DNA from: Balanoglossus misakiensis
Taxonomy: Eukaryota; Animalia; Hemichordata
Length of the DNA: 64,000 nucleotides
Direction: 5' to 3'
Assembly (NCBI GenBank): GCA_040954595.2
Contig: CM082594.2
Span: 3,767,319 to 3,831,318 of the forward strand
Shown here one piece after another: positions 1 to 13,838 of the stretch. The notes beneath the pieces are model-generated. The model worked only from the letters and a program-made list of their open reading frames with translations, searched no databases and was not told where the DNA came from. The position numbers were made by a program, and so were the translations under genes. Position 1 is the first letter of the stretch. The number at the start of each line of letters is the position of its first letter.

Positions 1-3000
1 AAGCTGACCAAGGCCCCTTTAGTAGAATACATGATATGAACTGCACCAAATGAATGCATCGGGCTGTTAAGAAGATAATGAAAATCAATTCATTATCTGC
101 CGTACCTTCATATTTGATTCAAAGTTTTACTACCAGAGATAAATCCCACCTCACATTACTTAGATGCAGACGTTTAATCGAAGAGCGTGTGCGGCCGCAA
201 TGCATCGTGGTGATAGAGAAGATTCATCTTCAAGACATCGTCAGTTAAAAAATTGACTAAACCAACGGAGGGGGTGAATGCTCCAAGAGGGTAGTTGATG
301 ATAACATACCAGCGCTGGGCGTTTTAGTACAACCACACGCTAGCAGCAATTAATTAGAGGACCGCTGGACAAACACAATGCACACACACGAATCATAACC
401 AATTCCAGCTACCTACACATTCCTCTACAGAATTTCACGGAATTAGAGAATCAATCAATCAAAAAATTGAATTGAAGTTTGACTCATCTTTCTATGAATT
501 GAACAAGTAAGCAAGCACGCGTGCGTGCAATAACGACAATGTGACAGCAGATTACCGGTTTCTAAAATTGGCGCGCAGATAGATCTCTGTCAACTGAAAA
601 TAGATATCGATGCGCAGCTGAGGATAGAGTTAACAAAGGGATCTGTTTGTGTGCCGACTTTTGAATAATACGACAAAAGACCCGGTAGATATTTTCCCGT
701 CATGCCATCAAGTAATTGCAGATCAGTTACAGATTTTCTTGGTGACGCGGGAAGTCGTAATTTAAGGCATGCGATGCAAAACTAGAAATTCTGAAGTTTC
801 GACCATGGTTATCAGACTGTTCGGTTGTGCAATAGCAATGTCAGGAAATATATAAATTGTCAGAAATTGAACAACTAAATACATTTGGAAGTATGTTGTG
901 ATTATGATCTTTACAATTGATACAATGGAAAAATATGTCTTCCTATATAAATTGCCTAGCCACGCGAAATCTCGCAGGATCTCGTGGAGTTCGGAAAATG
1001 GTCTATATAATGAATGGTTTATTTGGGATTAACACAAAGATTTGATATAACCTATTGCCTTTGTACGTGGAGTGAAAATTTCCGAAAGCAATGATAAAGA
1101 TACAGTGCTTTTCGAGATTATACCAAAAATGAACGCATTTATGTCAACACGAAGATCTTTAAAAAACCGGAAAAGTAAGTTGGAAAAGGATTACATGCAT
1201 ACTGAATACTGTTCGGTTGACCGGATATAATGAGGTCAACACGGCATTTCACTCACAGGATAATTTCACTGAAGTATCATCGAGATTCGACAAAAGCTTT
1301 CTGATTGCCTCTATCTAGTGTACACGATTGTAAAGTTGGAAAAACGATGGCCCATCGCATTACTTTTCAAATGTAAATTATTAAATAGAGCTAAATAGAG
1401 CGGCATAAAATCCACAAAAAGGACCCGCTGAAAGAGCGAACGGGGAATTTATTACCTGATTTTAAAGGTAAATGAAACCCCACGCGTATTTTAATCTATT
1501 ATGAGGTTTACATGAGTTTAAGGCATTGGAGAGAGTGGCAACTGTTTATTCTCCTCGATTAGCAGTCTTCCCTGAGTATTGAAGAATTAAAAAAATAACA
1601 GACATATATCCACGCGTTGGGAGGACGTTTGATGTACACATTGTGTTAACAGCGGCTTACTTTGGCTCTTGTTTATTTATTAGGTCCGTAAAACTATATT
1701 GAACTATAGGGGTTTGATATAAGACTCCTATTACAGAGCTATTAACCTCTCCTCGGGCATCTCATCTCATTGCACATAGACAGGTTTATTTCCGGAGGTA
1801 ATATAGGCATCGCGGCGGAGTCTGTAAAACCCCCGCATTACCAGTGCTATCACGGATATCTTACATTTGTATACCTTACATTGCGTAGGGTCGAGAATGG
1901 GGCGGTGAATCTGATGCGGAGGCATTCTTATTCGATGGGAACATTGAGCGTTTGTGTGCAAGTCCTTCAACAAAGATGCAGCCCCTTGTGTTTTGCGATA
2001 CTGGGAAACTGAATCTTGCGTTTCACACAAAAAGTGTGAATAAAAACTAGATTCTTTTCACCTCTTCACGAGTCCTTTGAAGTTTCCTTAGTACGGATTA
2101 AATATGGATGCAAAGAGACTTTATTACACTAAAACTATTTTGACCAACCAGTCTGATATTACCTGCTCTCATTCATTCACTGATTCGTTAACGCCAGGAT
2201 AATGTCAGCATGAAACTCAATTAGCTTAGTTTCATTTTCATCAGTCCGATCTTTCGCTTTATCTCGTCAAACAGTTTCTGTATGTACCGGAAGGCAAATA
2301 GAACATATTCTACTTCGATATCTACAGATACTACTATTGCTAGGTTAGGCGCAATTGTCCAAATTTAGACCACTGGCATCAATTCCAGGTTATTTAAGAA
2401 TACAGAATAACCCGCGGAAGCCTATATCTTAATTAGAATAAAGAAGTATTCGGATTTCATTACAGTAAAGTTTTAGATTCAAAAACCGTTGAGGGAGGTG
2501 TAAGTTGTGAGAAAGCGCGAGAAAGATATGCATATTCAAAACATTTCTGTTCTCACAGGAAACGCATTTTGAATTATTGAATTTAATCTGTTCAAATCGG
2601 TTTCCCCAGAGGAAAAAAAAGATTCTTCGCCGCGTTCGTATATCAAAGAAATTGAAGACAAAAGAAATAGACTGAAAGCAATCCATCGATCGGACACTCC
2701 ATGCGAAAATTGCCTCCGTTAATGCTGTCAGAGATCAGAATCAAGGCTCACGGCAAACAATGGGTAGAATGAATTCGGAAAACAGCTGGGAGAAAGTGAT
2801 ATGAAAATTGCAAGACGTGATGTCAGAAATTAAGTGATAAACGTGACACGAGTCTCACAAGACTTATTATATTTTATTATAGGAGACGTGTCATTATTTG
2901 CGATTAATTGCAAGGGTATTGATACACCAGGTTCTATATAGAGTCTAAAGGAAACTTGCGTATTTGGTCATCTTTTTGTCGGGTCCTTTTTGTCCGGTAT

Positions 3001-3940
3001 CATCCAGGTGGCATTACTACATGAATTGCGCGAGTCCTGGGACTGCAATAGACTATTTCTTGATTAGTCAATACTGTTTCGGAGAGAAAATCTACCCACA
3101 AATGATTGGCAAACTACTACTCTCCCATACAATGTTAGCCCCATCAAGGTAAAAGTAGGTAGGCCTACATCTACTGATTACCATTTCGAGTTAATCTGCT
3201 GACGTTCAGGCCTTTCGGCAAATCCGATGTGAACATCACGAATTGAGCGATTTCTATCAAAGAATGTTCAATAAAGTCTTTCATTTCCCGCCACGAGTTT
3301 TCTCATGCTGTTAACAAAGCAAATTTCCACGCAACAGAGAGCGCACAGTATTTTTGTTTGCGATTAAGAAATATATTCAAACGTTTTTACAATGTATCCC
3401 ACGCATCGCGCGTGTGCGTGTTCATCTCTAAGATTTCGTCTGATAATTTAATTTATCTCTTATGAGTCCATTTTGTTATGACAGGATCGTTGTAGCCACA
3501 TATGTGACGAAATATGCCGCAGGCGCACCCTCGAATTGACGATTTCCCTAAAATCGCTAACTGTGCATATCGACGCTTCTTGACAGATTTACGATTTCGT
3601 GTAATGCATGTCAGAGGCGCAGAAAATGCGATGACAAGACGAACTCTTGACGATAAAATTCTACACGTTGAATTGTTTTAAAGATTGAATTGCGAAATTG
3701 ATATCAAAGCATGAACGTCCACAATACACAACAGTTTTGGGGTTTAAATCATTTAGATGTGTAGATTATCTGGTCCAAAAGATGCCAAACTTCTACATGT
3801 ACATATACAAAGGCTATGGAGTATGATAACCATGATAACCATCATTAGGCATGATGGGTAGTCATCTAACTTAAGGGGGTGGAGTCATGCGTCCTGTCTT
3901 TTCTTCAACGTCCGTACCGATTTGTCTACTTTGCCATGTT

Positions 3941-4037
3941 GTTTGTTTGTTTGTTTGTTTGTTTGTTTGTTTGTTTGTTTGTTTGTTTGTTTGTTTGTTT
4001 GTTTGTTTGTTTGTTTGTTTGTTTGTTTGTTTGTTTG
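3941..4037. repeat. (GTTT)24 microsatellite
   Basis: Perfect tetranucleotide run; source of the FVCL-repeat ORFs. Confidence 0.97.
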
Positions 4038-5304
4038 CCAAATGTCAGGGTACGCCCTCAAGTGGATGTGACATACCCGGGTTGTCTTGATGAGTTTGTG
4101 TTCGAGTTTATCCGCGCGAGTTACAGGAAAACGCGACGGATTTCCACGTCACCTGGCTTTACTTTTATCGGACGAATGGCAAACTGGGTCATAAACAATC
4201 AAGCTCATAAAGATGCGACTTACTTGATGTCCTCGCATAGCGCATTTTTTTCTGGTTGATATAAAAATTTGATGAGTGGGGATTTCAAGACCTCCCTGTG
4301 CATTCTGCAATCATGGAAAACCATCTGATGAAGAAGGAGATGCTCAGGTGTTCCAAATCGCCAAGTTTATTTCAAGGTCAAAAATGAATTCAACCACTTT
4401 TTGTCGGTCGGTATATTGTGATATGTTTGCTGATCACGTCAGTGTTGTCATTTTCTACGCGTAAAGTGCATCGGTGAGAATTAATTGAGGTTGAATTAAC
4501 AAACGCCGACCTAGATGCACGTTTAATGGACAGAGGTAAAGAGTGGCGGAGTTGAAGAGTATCACTTCTTGTCGTTAAAAAGCAATATGTACATTTTACG
4601 ACTGCCATGATGAAACACTAATTTTGAAAAAACAGTGATTGGGGGCCTCGTCACGATTTTGTTGTAAGCTGTACACCGGGCTCTTCGCCGCGTTTGCTTT
4701 GTACTTTAAGGGTCATAAAACCCCCTTGTTATGTTGCCATCTCGAGTACAGGAAGAAAAGTTTGCCGACTTGACAAAAGAACTTCTGACTTTCCCTATTT
4801 AAAATCCACGATTGTTGGACTGATGCATCTTATGCTTATCACCTATAGGCGTCCATCACAGATACATACCACAATTAGAAAGGGACACTCCAAAGTATGT
4901 ATGTTTATTAAATGATGCAACTTATGAAGAATCACTTTGGTATCTTAAATTTTAAAAGGGATCAAGTATGCGACGTTTGTTCAATGCAGTTGATTGGTTG
5001 AGGTCCACTGTCACGATCTGCTGTTTCTCACGAATGGCCAATACAAAGCGGATGGTACATGTATTACCAACCAAATCAATCCATACAGGAAGTTTTCTGC
5101 TCTTCGCGTAAGTACCCGTAGTCGTTGAAATGTTCTGGTTAGTAATTTCGTAAATGAGCCAACACTATACCCACCCTGAGCTAAGGTATTCCACGCTGTC
5201 CTGTGTGGTTAGTTTTAGAGCGGACGCAAAACATTCGAACACGTCCGTACTCACTTAGACCATTTCGCAATTGAGACCGATTCGTGATGATAGACGACAT
5301 CGTC

Positions 5305-8300
5305 AACATGACAGACGCCGGTTCTCCGGCGAAATACCTTTCACTGTCTGATGACATGGGAAATGAAATCAGTGCGAGCAATGAGAAGACACGGCATTGG
5401 GAGTGTCCACTACTGTTACGTTACAAATCCCCCGCGGATTCTCTTCACGACATCACAGTAAACCTCTTACAGTAACCAGCCCCGGGCAAATTTAAGTTTA
5501 TTGTTTTATATTTGACGAGAGGAAGCCATAACTTTATACGGACTGAGGATGAGAAATAATTCTTGATTTGGTGGCGTCACAGAATGCTGAATCCATCGCC
5601 TTCTAACCAGTTGTATCTTTGATCATCTATAATAAACTACTATTTGTTCGTCTCGTATTAGGAGTAATTGCGCAAGTTATGAATTTACTAAGACAGAGAT
5701 AATTCAAACAGTTTACCGTGACTGAAGGTAAACGTACGAAATCGTTGTTATAGCTATTTACCCGATACAGATAGAAGAAGCACATACATGACTTCAAAGG
5801 TATTCACCGGACCATGAACCAAGCACACACACAAAAAAACTTTAAAATAGCCTGACCTAACAACTTTGTGTGGGGAATGTTAAATTTGGGAAGAAAGGTG
5901 GCAAGTAAATTAATATGGCGCTGACGTAAAACACAATATTCAGGGGTTTTTTTCGCCAGATGAGACATCAACATTAAGAAAGATACACCCGTTAGCGAAA
6001 TTAAATTATTTTGATGGTGATTAAATAGCAAAATGGGGTTTTCGGGGAAACCGTATCCAATTGATGGCTTCATGTGACGTAATAACATCGACTTAAAGGT
6101 CAGATACTGAGCTTATCACGAAAATGAAAGACTTTTGACCTTCCCTTGTTGTTTTCATAAGAAATGCGGCTTTGAAAAAAAGCCGTTATCATTGCAGTAC
6201 CACCTTAACTATTGATGGATGGAACACTGTCGTAAATTTGTATTTTGATTCAGAAAGCCAATGTACACTACATTACTTTAACTCGCTATAGATCGTTTAA
6301 ACTATCTTCGCATCACTAGTCGCAGTGCTTATGAGCTGTGTCTTATTTTAAATATATACACAGTATAACCTGGAGCTGACTGAGCGTTTCTCGATAGATG
6401 TGATGGGCGATAAACTCTAAAATTGAAAAATCGAAGTCATGCCTTATCATATACTTTTTGCATATGTTTTATGTGAGGCAGAAAATCAATACGAAAATGT
6501 TTCACATTAACAAAGCAAACTGGGAATATCATGAAATAAAATCCACTGATGTTCATTTGTCATAATTAGTACTCTTTATACTTATGATAGGTACAGTTAA
6601 TTATGACAAGGTGACAATGAATCTCTATTCTGAAACTCTTCATCAAACATAACGACCTTACTTAGCAGTGTTAATAAAAAAAACACTGTTAGTTTATTGC
6701 AGCAAGGGGGCTGAAAATTCACACACACGCGGCGAGTATATTATAGATAGCTACTCTCCGGCCTCCCTGGTAACATAAAATGTTTTCACCAGAGACTGAT
6801 TCGGTGATTGGTGTGATGGATGTGCACGAATCAGTGATATAATGGATATTCTCTCTCTGTTTTCTGTGTTGCAGGCAAGAAGCGGTCGGGGGAGAATGAT
6901 ATCACCTCGGGCGATGAAGATGTGGAGCTGCCAAAAGTTCACGGATTCTTCTTACCACAGGTGGGGGTATGGATTGTATTAGACGATAAATGATTGATGA
7001 GTAGACTGTCGATAAAATGAATTTAATGTAAATGAAATGACATATGAATGAACAGGCCTAGAATTATGAGAGGTAGGGTAAATGTTGCGAAAGTGATTGA
7101 TGAAAGCAATTTGACGAAAGTAACCGATGAGTGGAGTTTGGCTGTGATGATAGATTTTCACCACGGCAAATGAAAGGTAAACTGAACCGAAACAGTAATG
7201 ACTGAGTGATATCAAGCGTTCTTATAAGGTTTCGTCTGATTGGCTAATTTCATGGGAAATAAAGAGAAAGTGAAAAGATGGAAAACATTAAAATTATAAC
7301 ATGTAAACGTTAGTCAACGCAAAGCAGGGCACGGACTTCGGCGACAGGTGCGGTTTTTCTATATGTATACACGGGTTTTGTAAAGGCAATATAGGGATAT
7401 AAACATTACGCGTGTAGAGACACTTAAGGGACAAACAAACCAGAAGATGTTGACTCCACATAGCAAAGGAAAACGGTGACATGGCATGCAGAGCGCCATT
7501 GATCCTAAAATGATTAGTTCACCTTCCTTCAACAAAGTTCACAGAAATCAAACGTCTCATCGAACATTATGAAGGGTCAGGTGACGTAAGTTGCGGACAG
7601 GGTTCCTTTATAGTAGTGTGTTTGTTAATACATGTAGCTGTACAGTAGAAACTAGCAAGCATGACCCCAAGTGACTTTACTAGCACAGTCCGGTCGACTT
7701 GGTGCATATTACAACAAAACTCCCTCCCCACAAAGCAACAAGATAGAGCGCAGAAGACACAATAACCCAGACGGCTAAGATTTGAATGAGGTCACCCTGG
7801 AGACCGGGAACGCGCTGGTAGCAGTTATAAATGCAATCAATAAGACGAAATTGTGACAAACGAGAATGACAAAGCAGGTTGCCGTTGGCTGTCGCTTAAA
7901 ATGAAACAAAAATAAAGCGTTTTTACAGGAAAGGAAACTCGATACCTTCTTGGTTGAGTCGGCAATACAGTTGATCAACGGGTCATCAGATCTTCATCGA
8001 ATATTGCCTGCAAGCTATCACGTTTAATCGATACCGCGTAGGCAAAAGTATACGATCACCTTGGTAACGTATGTCTTTGCATGGAGGTATGCTAATTGAG
8101 CGATATTTGACGTGAATTTCTCTAAAAAGAAAAGTCTTGAATTTTTACCATGGAGTATCAATGATTAAAACAAATCTTTGATCGCAAAAGTTTAGAAACA
8201 TCCGCCACGAAAGTGATAGAGAGGAACACTGCGCTTCAGGAATTGAAGGGGTGATATGAAACGTTCGTATAAGGTTTCGTCTGATTGGATAATTTTGGTA

Positions 8301-10110
8301 ACTCACTCTTCAAACAGTCTCACAAATTTGATTGCGAATGCATTTGTTGGGTTATGATTTTATGGTTCAGTGTATTTTTTCACAATGCCAGTGAAATTAC
8401 TGCATTTGAATTTCATTTTATACAACTTTGCGAAAAACTATTGACTCAATGAATTAATTTTTTTTCCACACAGCCGCCTGTAGATGCAATGGACGCCAGG
8501 TTTTTGAGCATGTCAGATGACACTGTTGGAATTCTTGTCAAGAGATTGCCAACTTTCTGGAGACAGTTTGTTGTTCAGGTAAGAATATGCCAGAAACTTG
8601 TTATGAGTTAGTGTTAGTCCCGGCAGACGTAACCCGGAGGGGGGGGTTATGGGGGGGGGGGGGGGTTATGGATTGGGTTTCATCCGGTAGTCATTTTGTT
8701 ACAATCTTCCATGTCCGGAGCCATCAGCCATTACAAAACCCAAAATAGCTTCATGAATCACTCAGGTTTAAAACCCTTCTGTACTGAAATGCCAATTGCA
8801 TAGTACCACTCACTATTGGGGGATGCTTTAACTTACAACTGATGCCAAAATGTGTAATTTCACATATTTATTTATTGTACAGTAACTTTATTAGTTCAGT
8901 ATTATTGGTAGTTCTCGGCAATGTCTTGTGTTATAAAAATTCGCTATCTATATTCTGTATAGATGATCAAACTAGGCCTGGGAAGCCAGCGTTATCTACC
9001 GGAAGAGGCGACTACAGACTAAACGTTCCCAACTTGAAACGGACATCTCAAGAGGTGAACAGGAACCACGTCACAACACCCAAGTCGGCCATTTTGTTTC
9101 GCAATACCAACACAAATCCAACCTTTGTTGAGAGTTTGTACAGCTAGCCTGTTTTTACTCATCGTTGAACCCACTGTTTCTATGCACCGATGACACCACT
9201 GAATTATTAGTGTTTCAATTCGCAGTGTATATCCAGTATAGATTTAGCAATTGATCACTGAAACAATGCGCGCAGTGATCACAAATGAAAACTGCATGTA
9301 TTTGTATTCATCCGCAAATTTTGTATCCGGCATTCCATAGTGAGGTTAGGTCAAGAAGTTCCCAGTTTCTTCAGCATATAAGCCTATTTTGTGTATCTGA
9401 AATTGTCATCGAAATTTTCACTCGGATAATTAGGGCCTATGATACGGAGGGTATACCGTACTTCAAAAAATGAGAGAGAAATGAAAGAGCTGGCCGGTGA
9501 ATTTCAATGGACGCGAAATGTGAATGAACCGCCAGCACCTGTAAGGCCAATGTTTACTGTCACTCGTTTAATAAAATGTAAATAAAAATTCGTGTCGATT
9601 GGTCAGAGAATGGGGAAAATGAAGAAAAAGAATAAAAATTTACGTTATGTAATTAGCTTAGTAAATCGTAAAGAGTGGTTGTTGACCTTGTTACTCTATA
9701 GGTCAATCATCGAGCAGCTGCCATATTGAAATGATTACAGGAGCTCATATATGTGCACCCAATCTGAATGTAGAAAGCGTTGTTTGAGAATCTCCTTGCA
9801 TTTTCCTTATCTGAACCAAGAGATGGACATGGCAAATAAAAGAAAGCGTTACCTCAATTGATATCGTAATTCGACTCGTGTGAGTCGAAGTGCAAGAAAG
9901 CCACAGAAACAACTGAGAAAATTAGATATCATTACGCCATCTGTCTATGGACGCTTGCCAATAGAATGTCTACCTCACAGGAACATTTGCTGAATAAGTC
10001 GTTTCTATCAAGAGAGGAAAAGCTAGAGAGAGTGGTAACTTCAGTGGTTTTGTAGAGATGAGGGGATTTATAATTTGATGACATTTTTCTGTTCGTACAA
10101 CGTTCCACGA
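5305..10110 (+). pseudogene. Possible decayed death-fold (DED / death-domain) gene: exon-like pieces ~5305-5727, 6875-6960, 8474-8578, 8963-9022 and a DED-like relic ~9920-10110
   Basis: Good splice sites with chaining phases (GAAG|gtaaac 5728; ttgcag|6875..6960|gtgggg; cacag|8474..8578|gtaaga; tatag|8963). The translations resemble DED and DD helices by eye only and contain stops and frameshifts. Confidence 0.35.
8639..8677. repeat. G-run tract G8-TTAT-G15-TTATGG-ATT-GGG
   Basis: Seen directly; has G-quadruplex potential. Confidence 0.7.
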
Positions 10111-13100
10111 CCAAGATAAGACACGCTACATGCAAGAAAAGTTTAATATTATTTGGTATCTAAGACCAGAACATTTTGAAATCGGCTAAATTGACAAAAC
10201 ATAATTTCAAGGACTGTCATATTTTAGTAAAAAGATGTAAATTTTGACATGTGATGACAAGCAGATACCAAAATAAAGCAAGATGAAAAACCCACTACAT
10301 TTTGTCGTCTGTATTAATGTTACTAGTGTTTCTTACAGAAGATGTTTTTCTTTTCTCTACTTCGAGACGTTAAAACGACACATCTTAACTATGCAGTGCG
10401 TCCAGAAATCGGCTCAGTGAATATGGCTACATGTACGTGTTTGTGCCTACGCGCCTATGAGTGTGTGTCTGTCTGTCTGTTTGTCTATGTGTTTTGCTGG
10501 CTATCTGTCTTTGTTACTTATACGTTCATGTTCATTGAAGTCTGACAATCACTTCCATAAACTACTGACACTTGTCGACAAACAAGCAAGTGATCATGAA
10601 TTGTATTTTACATATGAATCGTCGTGATGTGGAGGTCTAAGGAGACAGAATGGCACGCCCTCTATACACAAGCCACAGCAATTTTTATAAAAATCTGCCA
10701 GTCCCCTGGTTCAGCATTTCGACGTGGAAAACATTTCTCATGTAACTAATTTTACTAAGAGTGTCCAGTTCACAAAGAAGGCCTTTAAGATGACCGATAC
10801 CGACATGTGTCAGCAATACTAATTTTATTGACATACAAGTATGAGTGACGGAGATTTCGTTATGCGAGACAGGAAAGATGTTTGAGGTAGAAGTATTTTG
10901 GGAATATTCGTACAACGCCGTGGTCAAGTACAGTTTTTTTACGCGGGTGAAACTGCTTACCATCTCATAGGCTTAGATGTTTGGCAGTAAACATTCCTGT
11001 CTGTGACAAGACAAGAAATTGCCAGTTTCTACAAGATACAAAACAAGTAGGTATAACGAGGCTGGGACCGAAATCTTATATTTCAAATGTGCTCTCCTAT
11101 CTACTTGTGACTTATGCCCCGCATCATTTCCATGGCAACGCGCAATTCGTGTAAAAGTGTCATCATAAACCTAGCGGTGCGGAAAACACGACAGGTTTCT
11201 ATGGAAACCGCAGTTCTGATTGGTAGCATTGTCATTGACGAGTTGCCCTAAAAGATGACAGGAGTGTTTTATTTGTTGCATTTTATTTGACTAATAAATT
11301 AAACTTATGCATAATGCGAGGAATGCTCAAACACCGAAAAACAAATGTCAGCCTACCATAAGCTATGAGACCATACAAACGCCTTGACTGATCCGAGTCC
11401 GACTGTTATAACACAGGCGCCTGGCCCAAGGCGATGATCAGACAATAATGTAATGCGCCACCAATGGCGGTAAGTTCTGCCTTGGTACATTGATGGGAAT
11501 CACACAACAGCTGAACCACCTTGTCAACATATTACGCCGTTGGTTGGCGTAATCGCACCAAACTAAACACGTTAAGTTGGAATGAAGCTTGACGAAATAT
11601 TGGCGGGCTTGGTGGCGCTGTACCGTGACCCCTTGATAAATTCATGTCTGTGTTGAGACTATTTTGTTTAACTTTTAGATGAGACGTATTGTGTAGTCAT
11701 ATCGGCAAAAAAACAACAACAATACTTTGTGATGTATAAGCTTGGCATCGAATGTTATGTAGTCAAGTTAAACACTGGTGGTTGTGATAAAATTTAAAAT
11801 GCAACCTGTAAACCATGGAAGGATAACCGTCCTATAAAAATTACATTCTAATTCCAATTCCATGTCGTTTTTACAGCGCACATTGCGCTGAGAGGGCGCT
11901 ACCTCACCACAGTCGGTATCTGACACTGGTGTTTCACGTGTTTTCAACACGGAGACACAATTACTAGACCGACTCGAAGCTTTGCGATCAACAATGGTCA
12001 TCTGTACCAACTAAATTTGTTTATGCGTCAACCACACAGACGTACAATCGTGTACTCTGCTGATAAACATATCTAAATATTTCGGGGCTGAAAAATACAC
12101 TGGTCTTGTATTCGTAAAGGAAGATTAACTATGAGGGTAACATATCTAAAATAGTGCAAATTTCCTGCACATTTGAGCAATTTCATATATTTTCTTCTTT
12201 TTGCTCACCTAGAAAATAAGCTCTCGAAATTTACATCATGTCAATTGTTCAATACACATTCCCGTGTACCACGTGATTTCAGGGGTCCCCTCGACCGTTT
12301 GAACACAGTGACAAAGACACCATTCTTTTAAAACAACGTACAGTACAGGGACTGTGGCTTTGCCGCCGTGAAAGATACATAGTCCAAACCACGGAGCTTC
12401 ACATGACAGCCTGAGCGCCATCAACGATATAATCCATACTTTCCCTACTGCGTACAGACTGGACCGCCGCCAGGTACTATGAAACTAATAATACTCGTTA
12501 TAACACCAAACGATAAGATTAATTCGATAATACTTAGCCGCGGGCGTATTCCTAATCAGTGGCAGTAAATCGGATTAGCTGCTCAAAAATGGTAAAATTA
12601 AAACATATTGACATTTTCTCGGAGAGAGGATAAAAAATAAGTAATCGGCTATTTCAATAAAAGATGGTATGAAATGTGTGAATTTAATCGAAAAAAGTTG
12701 TCATACAAGTGGTATCAATTGATTAGCATTGGAAGACTGCAGTTTATTTGTTCCGTAAAATTCAGGCAGGGATGTATGGGAAATAAAGCTGCAGGCCACT
12801 GGTGTAGCCGTCCGGAGGCATACATATCAACTCTTTCAATTAATTAGCAGACCACTAGTAACGGGGGTCCGAAGCCTGTCTCCTACACATCGGATAGTAT
12901 AGGAGCCTAAATCCAAGTAAAATATGGATAAATAATATGATCCGATTTAATTATAAGCTCATCAAGTTTATACGTGCATTATATTGCTGGACTTCAAATA
13001 CATAAGCCTACGATAATAAAAAGTATGGCAAACTACATATATTAATTCATCTTTAGGATGTGATGCTTCAACGATTACTGAAAAGTGTTTTGATGAGTGT

Positions 13101-13675
13101 TTTGTCGATGACGAACGGGCAACAACTAGCTGTACTAAGACAACTTGAACGTCAAATGCATTAATTTAATTCACGGAAATTTTGTTCGACTTGATACGAC
13201 AAATTTAGTTATTTGTTACATCATCTGCCGAACGTTGAATGCATTATCCATTAATGTTTCAATTGAACTGACTTGGCTTGTAATTGATTTTGAATTAAAA
13301 CTTCGAACAGCAAATCAAGGCGGCTAATTGTCTTTTTTGAAAAATACAAATTTCACGTTATTTTTCCTCATAGCGGATAAATGAAGTCATGGTTACTTAT
13401 TCCAACGTGAGATGATAATCAAATGAAACAAAGACGAATTAGCATTTGCATCGATGCGGGTGGTTTATCTAAAGGTGTTGATCCCAAAACGATGTCCCAG
13501 CGAAGTATTGAAGTCGGAGGCAAATTCCAGTTTTCCGAAGAGTGAAAGTGGGCGAACTCGCCATACATTACGCCACATACACGTATATCGCAAGGTTAGT
13601 AAGGGCTTATTTGATCATTTCATTAACGCTGGAATTGAAACATGACTTGTATTCTTGACTTCTAGACTGTTGAAA

Positions 13676-13838
13676 CAGTCAAACCTGTGTAAGTGGTCAG
13701 TGGAAACCTGTCTATAGCGGCCAATTAAACTTACAGTCCCTGTGCCACTGTACATTCACATGACCAGTCTATATAAAGGTCACCGGTCTAAAAGACCAGT
13801 TTAGTCCCTTGACTGCCCGCTATGGACAGGTTTGATTA
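13676..13838. mobile_element. Degenerate CAGT-type MITE related to 61752-61857
   Basis: cagtcaaacctgt...aaacctgtctatagcggcca ... tgcccgctatggacaggtttga inverted ends. Confidence 0.55.

Noticed and set aside
1767-2030. Overlapping ORFs and an exon-like segment on the minus strand
   Set aside because: No partner exons or recognisable protein similarity found
3879-4259. ORFs with FVCL repeats that look like membrane proteins
   Set aside because: They are translations of the (GTTT)n microsatellite
5347-5372. CTGATGA...GAAA resembling a hammerhead ribozyme core (also minus strand near 2230-2245)
   Set aside because: No proper stem II between CUGAUGA and GAAA, and no flanking stems I/III
10690-10970. 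Semi-open frame that might continue the death-fold relic
   Set aside because: Multiple stops, no convincing splice sites or motif; too weak to call
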